Source: Flavobacterium sp. (GTDB lineage: Bacteria; Bacteroidota; Bacteroidia; Flavobacteriales; Flavobacteriaceae). Taken from it: a DNA stretch of 64,000 nt. Shown here in pieces: positions 54,532-64,000 of this stretch. A program made the translations under genes and the position numbers. Numbering within the stretch: position 1 is the first letter of the stretch; each line of letters opens with the position of its first letter. The stretch covers positions 8,987 to 72,986 of the forward strand of contig JADKBW010000014.1 of the NCBI GenBank assembly GCA_016714905.1. The letters are read 5' to 3'. The notes under the pieces were generated by a model. That model ran no database searches, was not told where the DNA came from, and was given only the letters and a program-made list of their open reading frames with translations.

Positions 54532-55507
54532 TCAAACTTTTCTGCCCATTAAATTCTCCCCAAAAGCGCGCAAGATTGATTTCTTATCGGCATGAATTTC
54601 TAGCTGATCTAAAGTGTCAAAAGCGTTTTGCGTATAATCTTGAATGGCTTTTTGCGTAGCTGCTGCAGCACCAGTTTCAACAAAAAGTTCTTTCACTGAT
54701 TCGATTTTCTCAAAGTTGTCTTGCGGTTTGATCGAATACAAATGCATCAATTGCTCTTTTTGTCCCGCCGATGCGAACTCCATCGCCTTCAAATACAAAT
54801 ATGTTTTTTTGTTTTCGATAATGTCTCCACCCACTTGCTTTCCGAAAGTTTCAGGATTTCCGTAGGCATCTAAATAATCATCTTGCAGTTGAAATGCGAT
54901 TCCTAAATGCAGTCCAAAATCATAAATCAAGTTGGCGTTTTGAGTAGATGTTTGGGCTATTATCGCACCCATTTTCATGGCAGCACCCAACAACACTGCG
55001 GTTTTATACTGTATCATTTTGAGATACTCCGTCAACGTAACGTCTTCGCGGTTTTCAAAATCGACATCCCATTGTTGTCCTTCGCAAACTTCAAGCGCGG
55101 TCTTGCTAAAAAGTTTGGCTAAATCTCGAAAAATCGAAGGTTCATATTGTTCAAAATACTGATACGCCAATATCAGCATGGCGTCTCCAGACAAGATTCC
55201 GGTATTGACATCCCATTTTTCATGCACAGTTTCGTTGCCTCTTCGAAGCGGCGCATCATCCATGATATCATCGTGAATCAACGAAAAATTATGAAAAACT
55301 TCGACTGCTAAAGCCGCTGGCAATGCATCTTTATAATTTGCATCAAAGATTTCGGCACTCATCAAAGTCAACACGGGTCGAATTCTTTTGCCGCCCAAAC
55401 CCAAAATATAGGCAATGGGTTCGTATAAATTTTTTGGCTCTTTATCGCGTTGCTCGGACTTCAGATATTCCAAAACAAATTCTTGATACTGTTGAATCCG
55501 AATGCAT
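54532..55507 (-). CDS. Polyprenyl synthetase (probable indel near the start)
   Basis: GGKRIRP, HDDIMD and FQLQDDYLD motifs; upstream ATG at 55507 is out of frame by one base. Confidence 0.92.
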
Positions 55508-55684
55508 AAAATAAATTTCGGCTAAATTACAGTATTCACTTCGGATAACAAATTTCGAATCCTAAGTCAATGTTAAATAAATGTAAATACTTTGGAAACT
55601 ATTTGGGTGTTAAAAGTTTCCAAAGTACATTTGCCCAGCAATTTGGAATCTCTGCGTATTGATTCCAGAAAAAAATCAAACAAA

Positions 55685-56281
55685 ATGAAATGCAAAATAA
55701 TCGCTAAAGCCACCGATATGTTTTTGAGACTGGGTTTCAAAAGTGTCACGATGGATGATATAGCAACGGAAATGAGTATTTCGAAAAAAACCATTTACAA
55801 ATATTTCGAAAACAAAGAACTTTTGATTTCAGAAGGTACGATGATGGTTCATCAAAAGATCCACGACACCATCGACGGCATAGTGGCTCAAAACTACAAT
55901 GCCATCCAGGAGAATTTTGAGATTCGTAAAATGTTCGGAGAAATGTTTCATTCGATAGACCAATCTCCTGTCTACCAATTAAAGAAACACTATCCGGAAA
56001 TTTACAATGAATTTATGTGTCGAGAAGCCGAAGATTGCAATATGGTTTTTCGTCAGAATATGGAGAAAGGAATTCGAGAAGGTTTGTATCGGACCAACAT
56101 TAATATCGATTCGTACGTAAAATTCTATTACACGATTATCTTCTTTATTAATGAAACCACCAAATCGGAAAAAGAAGTTTTTGAATTGGAATACGATGCT
56201 TTAGAATATCACACTCGTGCCCTTGCGACTCCAAAGGGAATTATTGAACTAGAAAAAAATTTAAAACACACCTCTTTATAA
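55685..56281 (+). CDS. TetR/AcrR family regulator
   Basis: GFKSVTMDDIA..MSISKKTIYKYF. Confidence 0.93.
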   Translation: MKCKIIAKATDMFLRLGFKSVTMDDIATEMSISKKTIYKYFENKELLISEGTMMVHQKIHDTIDGIVAQNYNAIQENFEIRKMFGEMFHSIDQSPVYQLKKHYPEIYNEFMCREAEDCNMVFRQNMEKGIREGLYRTNINIDSYVKFYYTIIFFINETTKSEKEVFELEYDALEYHTRALATPKGIIELEKNLKHTSL

Positions 56282-56291
56282 TCCATTATCT

Positions 56292-57614
56292 ATGAAAAAA
56301 CTCGCAAGCCTCTTTTTGCTGATTGTTGCCCTCGCAGCACAATCGCAAACCAACCCGCAGAGTTATTCGTTTTCGTTGCAGCAAGCCATCAGTCATGCGC
56401 TCACGAATAACTATCAAGCCATCAACGCCACTCGTGACATTGCTTCTGCCAAGCAAAAAAAATGGGAAACTACCGCTTCGGGGTTGCCCCAAATAAGTGC
56501 TAATGTTAACTATTTAAACAATTTTAAAATACAACAAAACCAATTTACGGTTAATGGACAGACTACTACACTTTCCTTCGGTAACTATAATTCCGCAGAT
56601 GCTAGTTTGCAATTGAGTCAATTGATTTTTGATGGCTCATACATTGTAGCGCTTCAAGCTTCAAAAACGTATTTGAAATACTATGAAAATGCTAAGCAAA
56701 AAACCAATACTGAAATTAGAGAAATGGTTATTAATGCATACGGAAATGTTTTGCTTGCCGAAGAAAGCGCTGCTATTCTTGAAAAAAATAAAGCAACATT
56801 AGCTAAAACATTAGCTGATACTCAAGAAATTTACAAAAACGGGCTGATTGAAGAAGAAAATGTAGAGCAATTGCAAATAACATTGGCGTCAATAAACAGT
56901 AGCTTAAGTAACACCAAAAGACTATTAGACATTACCTCAAAAATGCTTAAACTAACATTGGGGATTGACATTGATGATGACTTGAAACTAACTGATAAAT
57001 TAGACGATTTGACTGTTTCTAATTTAGATAAGGCCTTTGGTCAGGGAGAATTTGCAGTGACGAATAACATCAATTACCAAATGGCTTCAAATTTTCAAGA
57101 GCAACGAGCTTTAGAATTAAAACTGCAAAAAAGCAAAGCGCTACCAACACTTGGAGCTTCTGTAAACTTTGGATCTAACACTTTCGGAAGTCGATTTACA
57201 ATGTTTAATAGTGAACAACAATGGTTCAACTATTCCAATTTAGGCATTGGTTTAAGTGTTCCTTTATTCAGTAGCTTAGGTCGAAGCGCTCGGACACAAC
57301 AAGCCAAAATTGCATTTGAACAAGCTAAAACGCAACTCACAGAAACCGAGCAAAAACTCAAATTGCAGTACGAAAGTTCCAAAAGCGATTATGAATTTAG
57401 CATCGAAGAATATGCTACTTCCAAATCGAATTTGAATTTAGCGGAACGTATTGAGAAAAAACAACAAATCAAATTTAAAGAAGGATTGTCTTCGAGTTTT
57501 GATTTTAGTGAAGCCCAACGGCAATTGTATACTGCGCAGCAAAACTATTTACAATCGATGGTGAATGTCATTAATAAAAAAGCTGCATTAGAAAAAATCA
57601 TAAACAAAAACTAA
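56292..57614 (+). CDS. TolC family outer-membrane protein
   Basis: Signal peptide, OEP-type helical repeats, operon context. Confidence 0.92.
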   Translation: MKKLASLFLLIVALAAQSQTNPQSYSFSLQQAISHALTNNYQAINATRDIASAKQKKWETTASGLPQISANVNYLNNFKIQQNQFTVNGQTTTLSFGNYNSADASLQLSQLIFDGSYIVALQASKTYLKYYENAKQKTNTEIREMVINAYGNVLLAEESAAILEKNKATLAKTLADTQEIYKNGLIEEENVEQLQITLASINSSLSNTKRLLDITSKMLKLTLGIDIDDDLKLTDKLDDLTVSNLDKAFGQGEFAVTNNINYQMASNFQEQRALELKLQKSKALPTLGASVNFGSNTFGSRFTMFNSEQQWFNYSNLGIGLSVPLFSSLGRSARTQQAKIAFEQAKTQLTETEQKLKLQYESSKSDYEFSIEEYATSKSNLNLAERIEKKQQIKFKEGLSSSFDFSEAQRQLYTAQQNYLQSMVNVINKKAALEKIINKN

Positions 57615-57622
57615 CACAACAG

Positions 57623-58762
57623 ATGAGAAAAATTTTCCTAGTATCCGTTTTATCCATAGCCATTTATTCCTGTGGAAATAAAGAAAACAACCAAACTATA
57701 GATGCTTTAATTGAATCAAAAAACACCAAAGCATTGCAAGAAAAGAAAATAGTTTTGCAAGCTGAAATTGCTAAAATTGAAGAAGCGTTGGCAACACTCG
57801 ATACCAAGAAAGAAGAAGCGTTAGTTTCTGTCTTGACTTTGAAAGACACGCTTTTTAACCACTATTTAGATATTCAAGGAAATGTAGACACCAAAGAGAA
57901 TATCATTGTTCAACCAGAGTTTAGCGGGACATTGACTGCATTAAATGTCAAGGCGGGACAAAAAGTGGTCAAAGGTCAAATTTTAGGTCGCATCGATGAC
58001 GCGGGAATGAGTCAACAATTGGCGCAAGTGCAGACGCAATACGAATTGGCAAAGACTACCTACGAAAGACAAAAAAATCTTTGGGATCAGAAAATTGGTT
58101 CTGAAATTCAGTATTTGCAAGCGCAAACTCAAATGAACAGCCTTCAAAAATCGATAGGTCAAATGAAAGCCCAATTGGCCAAAACTGTGATTCGCGCTCC
58201 ATTTTCCGGAACCATCGACGAAGTTTTCGTAGAAAAAGGACAAGTCGTTGCTCCAGGCCCGCAAGGATTAATGCGTATCGTAAATCTAGGAAATATGTTT
58301 GTTTCGACTTCTGTTCCTGAGAGCTATATTGGCAAGTTGAAAGTCGGTACTGAGGTCGATGTTTTCTTGACTTCATTAGGAAAAACATACAAAGGGAAAG
58401 TACGCCAAGTGGGTAATTTTATCAATCCAAACAACAGAAGTTTTGGTATTGAAGTAAGCATTCCAAATCCAGACAATCTGCTACGTCCGAATCAAGTGGC
58501 AAAACTTAAAATCATCGATTATGTAAAAAAAGACGCCACTGTAGTTCCGACCAATATCATTCAAGAAGACGGGAAAGGCAATCACTATGTTTACACGGTT
58601 GACAACAGCAACGGAAAAACCGGTGTCGCCAAAAAAACAGTTGTAACACTTGGACAAGCCTCTGATAACGTTACTGAAATTTTAAGCGGCGTATCGGAAG
58701 AAGATGTTATTGTTACGGAAGGCGTGAATGCGATTTCAGAAGGAATGAAACTAAATTTCTAA
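57623..58762 (+). CDS. RND efflux periplasmic adaptor
   Basis: Lipobox; VKAGQKV and IRAPFSGTI motifs. Confidence 0.93.
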   Translation: MRKIFLVSVLSIAIYSCGNKENNQTIDALIESKNTKALQEKKIVLQAEIAKIEEALATLDTKKEEALVSVLTLKDTLFNHYLDIQGNVDTKENIIVQPEFSGTLTALNVKAGQKVVKGQILGRIDDAGMSQQLAQVQTQYELAKTTYERQKNLWDQKIGSEIQYLQAQTQMNSLQKSIGQMKAQLAKTVIRAPFSGTIDEVFVEKGQVVAPGPQGLMRIVNLGNMFVSTSVPESYIGKLKVGTEVDVFLTSLGKTYKGKVRQVGNFINPNNRSFGIEVSIPNPDNLLRPNQVAKLKIIDYVKKDATVVPTNIIQEDGKGNHYVYTVDNSNGKTGVAKKTVVTLGQASDNVTEILSGVSEEDVIVTEGVNAISEGMKLNF

Positions 58763-58765
58763 TAC

Positions 58766-58841
58766 GTTGTTAGTTGTCGGTTGTCAGTTGTCGGTTTACA
58801 AGAATCACAACTCATAACTCATAACTCACAACTCATAACTA
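58766..58841. repeat. Opposed heptamer tandem repeats
   Basis: GTTGTTA-GTTGTCG-GTTGTCA-GTTGTCG followed by (AACTCAT/AACTCAC) repeats. Confidence 0.8.
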
Positions 58842-58847
58842 CAAAAC

Positions 58848-61800
58848 ATGAGTCACCAAAGTAAAGAATTCGGCATTTCAAGTTGGGCTGTCGATAATAG
58901 AGTTACCGTATATATTTTCACCTTGATGATTGTGATCACCGGGTTGATTGCCTACACTACCATGCCGCGTGAAGATTTTCCGGAAATCATCGAGAACAAA
59001 GTATATATCTCGTCTGTATTTCCTGGAAATTCAGCAGAAGATGTAGAGAAATTAATCATCAAACCACTTGAAAAGGAGATCAAAAACATCAGTGGCGTTG
59101 AGAAAGTAACGGCTAGTTCCTTTCAAGATTACGGGATGATTGTCGCTGAATTTTCGGATAAAGTCGGCATTGAAGCCGCCAAACAAAAAATAAAAGACAA
59201 AGTCGACAACGTAAAAGCAGATACCGATTGGCCCAATTTAGATAACGGCAGTAAAGTAGAGCCGAACGTTTTTGAATTGAATATTTCGGAAGAAGTACCG
59301 ATTTTGAATATTAATTTAAAAGGGAATTACACCACGCAACAGCTCAAGAAATATGGAGAGAAATTGCAAGATGACCTTGAAGAAATTCCAGAAGTAAAGA
59401 AAGTCGATATTCTTGGCGTGGATGATAAAGAAGTTGAAATTGCTGTCGATATATACAAAATGACCGCTGCTCAAGTCTCTTTTGACGATATTCAAAATGC
59501 GGTGAAATATGAAAATATGACGCTTTCTGGTGGGAATTTAATCTCACAAGGTTCCAGAAATAACATTCGAATTGTAGGTGAAATTAAAGATCCCAAAGAG
59601 TTAGAAAATATTGTAGTAAAACACAATGGCGGAACGGTTTACCTCAAAGACATTGCTCAAGTTGCTTTTAAGGAAAAAGAAAAAACGACCTACGCTCGCG
59701 AAAATCGTGCAGAAGTGGTGATGCTCAACGTGAAAAAACGTTCGGGACAAAACATGATTTCGGCACTTGACCAAGTCAAAGAAAGACTGAAATTGGCTCA
59801 TGAAAACTATCTCCCAAAAGATTTACAGGTCGAACTATCGAATGATCAATCAGATCGTGTTGAGCATCAAGTAGATGAATTGTCCAACCACATTATTTTT
59901 GGAATTGTGCTGGTGATGATTGTATTGATGTTTACTATGGGATTGCGAAATTCTTTGTTCGTCGGTGCGGCTATTCCGCTTTCGATGATGATTGCGTTTA
60001 CGATACTTTCCGCCTTTGGTTTGACCTTAAACACGATGGTGCTATTCGGCTTGGTAATGGGACTCGGCCTACTAGTAGATGACGGAATTGTGGTCGTCGA
60101 CAATGTTTTCGCCAATATGAAGAAAGGAATGCCACGAGTTCAAGCTTCTAAAATTGGTATTGGAGAAATCGCTTGGCCCGTTATTTCGTCGACTGCAACA
60201 ACATTAATGGCGTTCTTGCCGTTCGCACTTTGGCCAGGAACCATGGGTAAGTTTATGATTTACTTCCCGATTACCTTAACGGTTACGTTGACCGCTTCTT
60301 TGTTTGTGGCAATGGTTGTCAATGCTGCCATGACTGGTGGTTCGATGGATATTGAAGATAAAAACGTATCCATCAAATCAGCGAAAAAATACACCCTAAT
60401 CTTTGTAATCATTGGTGTTCTGTTTGTCATTTTAGGAAATGTGAACGACTCCAAATTTGCACGAGGAATTGGTCATTTTGCATTGATTTCATTAACGTTA
60501 ATGTGGTTGTATCGAATCAAAATCTATCAATGGACACAAGATTTTCAGCATAGCTTCTTCCCCAATTTAGAAGAAAAATACAAGATATTTCTTCGAAAAA
60601 TATTATCGGGTAGAAATGCTTGGTTTTCCTTGGTTGGAATCATTGGAATGCTAATATTATCCGTATTCCTACTAATTGCATTCCCGAGAAAGTCTTGTTT
60701 TCCAGAGAATATTCCAAGACAAATTATCACTTACATCGAATATCCTCCAAGGAACAGACATCGAAAAAACGAACAAAGCGACTTTGTTTGTCGAAAAGCA
60801 AGTGATCGAGATTATGAAAAAATATGTCGATCCGAAAACCGACAAGAACTTCTTAGCAGAAAGTATTGTTTCTCAAGTGGGTGTTGGCGCAGGAAATCCA
60901 AATGTAGACGCGGGTTCTGCCAACGAAACGCCTTTTAAAGGAAAAGTCACAGTGAATTTCTCTGAATTCAAATTCAGAAGAGGCATTAACACTTCGGATG
61001 TTCTTGATGAAATTAGAAATCGAGTTAAAGGAATTGCAGGAGCAACCGTAACTGTAGAAAAAGATGCGAATGGTCCTCCTGCAGGCTATCCAATTAGTAT
61101 TCAATTGACTGGTTCCGATTATGATCAGATGTTGCGAGAAGCAGACAAAATGATTGCGTTTATTGATGCTAAGAAAATTCCTGGTATCGAAAAACTCAAC
61201 GTCGACGTCAACAAACAAAGCCCTGAACTTGAAGTAAAAGTAGATCGCGTCAATGCAGGAAGTCTTGGTGTTTCTACGGGTCAATTAGGGTTCAACTTGC
61301 GTCGCTCGGTTTATGGCCAGGAAATATCTACTTTCAAAGAAGGCGACGATGACTATAATATTGTAGTCCGAATGCAAGAGGATCAACGCAAAAACGAAAA
61401 TGTACTTTTCAACCAAGCGTTGACATTCCGGAATCAGACCAATGGTCAGATGATGCAAGTGCCTATATCTGCTGTTTCGCACACGGAGAAAACAAATACT
61501 TATAACCAAATCAAACGTAAAAATTACAAAAGAATAATGACGGTTTATTCTAATGTATTGACGGGTTATAACGGCGATGAAATTACCAAGCAAATTGGAA
61601 CAGAACTCAAAGGTTATGAGTTGCCAAAAGGCATTACCTATTCGTTCTCTGGAGTTCAAGAAGAACAAGGAAAAAACCAGAGTTTCTTGATGTATGCATT
61701 GTTCCTCGCGATGGCTGGTATTACAATTATTATTGTACTGCAATTTAATTCGGTGTCAAAAACCTTGGTGATCTTATTCACCGTGTTGTTGAGTTTCAGT

Positions 61801-62311
61801 GGCGTATTCTATGGCTATGTCATTGCCAACATGGATTTCGTGATACTCATGACCATGATGGGAATCATTTCACTGGCGGGAATTGTAGTTAAAAACGGAA
61901 TCGTGTTGATGGACTTTTTCGTCCTCCTACTCGACAAAAAAGTGGCAGACAAAGGTGTCGAAAGTCACGATGATCTCGACATATTAGAAATAAAAGAAGT
62001 CATTATCGAAAGTGGAAAATCGCGTTTGCGACCAGTATTATTAACAGCGCTTACGGCGGTGTTGGGGTTGATTCCATTGGCGATTGGATTGAACTTTGAC
62101 TTCTTCGGATTGATCACCGACTTAAATCCACACTTATATGGGTGGTGACAACGTGATTTTCTGGTCGCCGTTGGCATGGACCATCATCTTTGGATTGACT
62201 TACGCAACCGTCTTGACTTTGGTCATGGTTCCAGTCATGTTCTTCTTAGTAAAAAGAACCAAATACTGGTTACGAGATCGAAAAAACAATAGCGCTAAAA
62301 TCTTGGAGTAG
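58848..62311 (+). CDS. RND efflux permease (AcrB family), indels near 60690-60735 and 62140-62170
   Basis: LGLLVDDGIVVVDN, GIVVKNGIV and RLRPVLLT motifs; the final PLAWTIIFGL..ATVLTL segment lies in a shifted frame ending at TAG 62311. Confidence 0.92.
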
Positions 62312-62469
62312 TTTTTTATAAAACCATAATTTTAACAAGTCTAATAGTATTGCACTATTAGGCTTGTTGCTTTTAGGCATTCATTTAAATTCAATTGGTT
62401 AACAATCGTTAATTTATTTGACTAACATTTTATTTTTACTTTCTTTACTACATCAATAAAGTTTTGACT

Positions 62470-63150
62470 ATGAAAAAAGAGTTCTTAAAATTTGTACTAT
62501 TAGCTGGATTTGTTTTTGCTAGTGGATGTAGCGACGACATTAACAAAGCAGTTCCGCCGTCGACAGCATCGAGGCCTACTGTGCCAGTGTTAAGCAATGA
62601 GGTTACGATTGGCAATCAAATCTGGATGGCAAAAAATCTGAATATAAGCAGGTACAGGAATGGTGATGTCATTCCTCAAGTCCAAAATGCAAGTCAATGG
62701 TCGACTATCAATTATGGTGCATGGTGTTATTACGAAAACAATTCGGCCAATGGTCCAATCTACGGGAAACTTTATAATCTTGCCGCAATCAAAGACCCGA
62801 GAGGATTGGCTCCAATAGGATGGCATATTCCCAATGACGACGAATGGACTACATTGTTTTTGACTTTAGGAGGATTTTCATCTGGGGGACAGTTGAAATC
62901 AACGAATTGGTGGGAAGCTCCAAATACAGGCGCCACCAATAGCAGTTTTTTTGCAGCTTTGCCAGGTGGAAAACGAGATGGGGATGCAGGTACTTTTTTA
63001 ACAATCGGGCAGCAAGGCAACTGGTGGAGCAGATCCCTTTCATCCGGAGGTGATGGTAATTATTACCGGCTTTTCTATAATTTGAGTGATATCGGCGGTG
63101 GTTCGAGTTATGCGCAGTTTGGATATTCCGTTCGATGTGTAAAAGATTAA
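62470..63150 (+). CDS. FISUMP (Fibrobacter succinogenes major paralogous domain) lipoprotein
   Basis: IGNQIWMAKNL, YGKLYN, P.GWHIP..EW and GYSVRCVKD motifs. Confidence 0.92.
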   Translation: MKKEFLKFVLLAGFVFASGCSDDINKAVPPSTASRPTVPVLSNEVTIGNQIWMAKNLNISRYRNGDVIPQVQNASQWSTINYGAWCYYENNSANGPIYGKLYNLAAIKDPRGLAPIGWHIPNDDEWTTLFLTLGGFSSGGQLKSTNWWEAPNTGATNSSFFAALPGGKRDGDAGTFLTIGQQGNWWSRSLSSGGDGNYYRLFYNLSDIGGGSSYAQFGYSVRCVKD

Positions 63151-63160
63151 TCTTGAAAAC

Positions 63161-63195
63161 AAAAAAACCCGTCTCAAATGAGACGGGTTTTTTTT
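63161..63195. terminator. Bidirectional terminator
   Basis: AAAAAAACCCGTCTCA-AA-TGAGACGGGTTTTTTT. Confidence 0.88.
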
Positions 63196-63209
63196 ATTGA
63201 ATTTGAGAC

Positions 63210-63530
63210 TTAGTTAGTAGTCACATACGCCACTTGATTATTAGTATAATCAACTTGGCTCAATTTAGCTTCATTATAAAAAAACCATTTTCCAGTTTTT
63301 TGTCCGTTGCTATATTCTCCAACAGAAAGTTTATTTCCCTGCGCATCATACGCAATCCATTTCCCTTCCAGTTTTCCATCTTTGAAAAACCCTTCTTGTT
63401 GTATCTTACCATTATCATAGTAATACGTAGCTTTCACCATATTATCAACAACTTCCAATTTTGGGGTTCCTTTTTGTGCGAAAATCATGCTTGAAATCAA
63501 CACTGCTCCGATTATCATAAACTTTTTCAT
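63210..63530 (-). CDS. Small secreted MORN-variant repeat protein
   Basis: Signal peptide; YYDNGKIQQEG..KDGKLEGKW and GEYSNGQKTGKW repeats. Confidence 0.85.
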   Translation of the reverse strand: MKKFMIIGAVLISSMIFAQKGTPKLEVVDNMVKATYYYDNGKIQQEGFFKDGKLEGKWIAYDAQGNKLSVGEYSNGQKTGKWFFYNEAKLSQVDYTNNQVAYVTTN

Positions 63531-63653
63531 AGGTGTAGGTTTTTAGGTTATTAACAATTACACAACAAATATATAAATTAATTTACATAAAACAAACTTT
63601 CGCTTAACAATTTGGTAACATTGAGAAAAACTTAACATTGGAGTTTGTATAAT

Positions 63654-63743
63654 TTGGGCGTTTCCCGCTGAAAAAAGCGGGTCAGGCTCTCCGCTCTATC
63701 TGCGCTAAAAGCAGCGCAGGATGCCGCTCCGATCCTTAACGCA
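63654..63743 (-). ncRNA. Flavo-1-like structured intergenic element (copy 5)
   Basis: Reverse complement reads TGCGTTAAGGATCGGAGCGGCATCCTGCGCT...AGCGCAGATAGAGCGGAGAGCCTGACCC...GGGAAACGCCC. Confidence 0.55.
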
Positions 63744-63851
63744 TCCGTCCAAAATCAAAAGCAGTATAGAAAATCAGGTTCGTTTTATAATTTGAAATTC
63801 CACTCTTATAATTAACAATTATCCTTAAATTTGCCGCATAAAATTTTGAAA

Positions 63852-64000
63852 ATGTATAGAAGTCACAATTGCGGTGAACTCACCGCTGCGCATATCAACA
63901 CCGAAGTTACTTTAGCCGGGTGGGTACAAAAATCTCGAGACAAAGGATTTATGAATTGGGTCGATTTGCGAGATCGATACGGAATTACCCAACTCATGTT
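63852..64000 (+). CDS. aspS: Aspartate--tRNA ligase (partial)
   Basis: [10 protein letters not shown]...[14 protein letters not shown]...[11 protein letters not shown]. Confidence 0.95.
   Translation, partial: MYRSHNCGELTAAHINTEVTLAGWVQKSRDKGFMNWVDLRDRYGITQLM

Noticed and set aside
63210-63530. YwqK-type antitoxin of a toxin-antitoxin pair
   Set aside because: It has a signal peptide and no adjacent toxin; the repeat alone is not diagnostic.

Overview
Flavobacterium-type (Bacteroidota) chromosome segment, judged from gene content, T9SS C-terminal domains and TAnnTTTG-type promoter elements. Most of it is housekeeping: acyl-CoA dehydrogenase, ferredoxin/FNR, NifU/Mrp, trmB, a PhoBR-like two-component system with a TonB receptor and lipoprotein, tyrS, pyrC, HemD, tRNA-Ser(GGA), asparaginase, TatD, sucAB, polyprenyl synthase, a TetR/TolC/RND pump and the start of aspS. 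Three accessory regions stand out. (1) A ~6.2 kb AT-rich tyrosine-integrase element (13620-19870) carries phage-like small ORFs, captured gene fragments and an ORF-free ~300-nt region that folds into several helices on the minus strand behind a candidate promoter; this is the best candidate for a novel system. (2) A diverged duplication of a LuxE-like acyltransferase brackets a radical SAM cassette. (3) An array of ~112-bp hairpin-rich repeats lies downstream of tRNA-Ser. Five dispersed Flavo-1-like structured elements show covariation. At least a dozen small frameshifts, some in core genes, suggest sequencing error rather than true pseudogenes. All protein calls are by eye; no searches were run.
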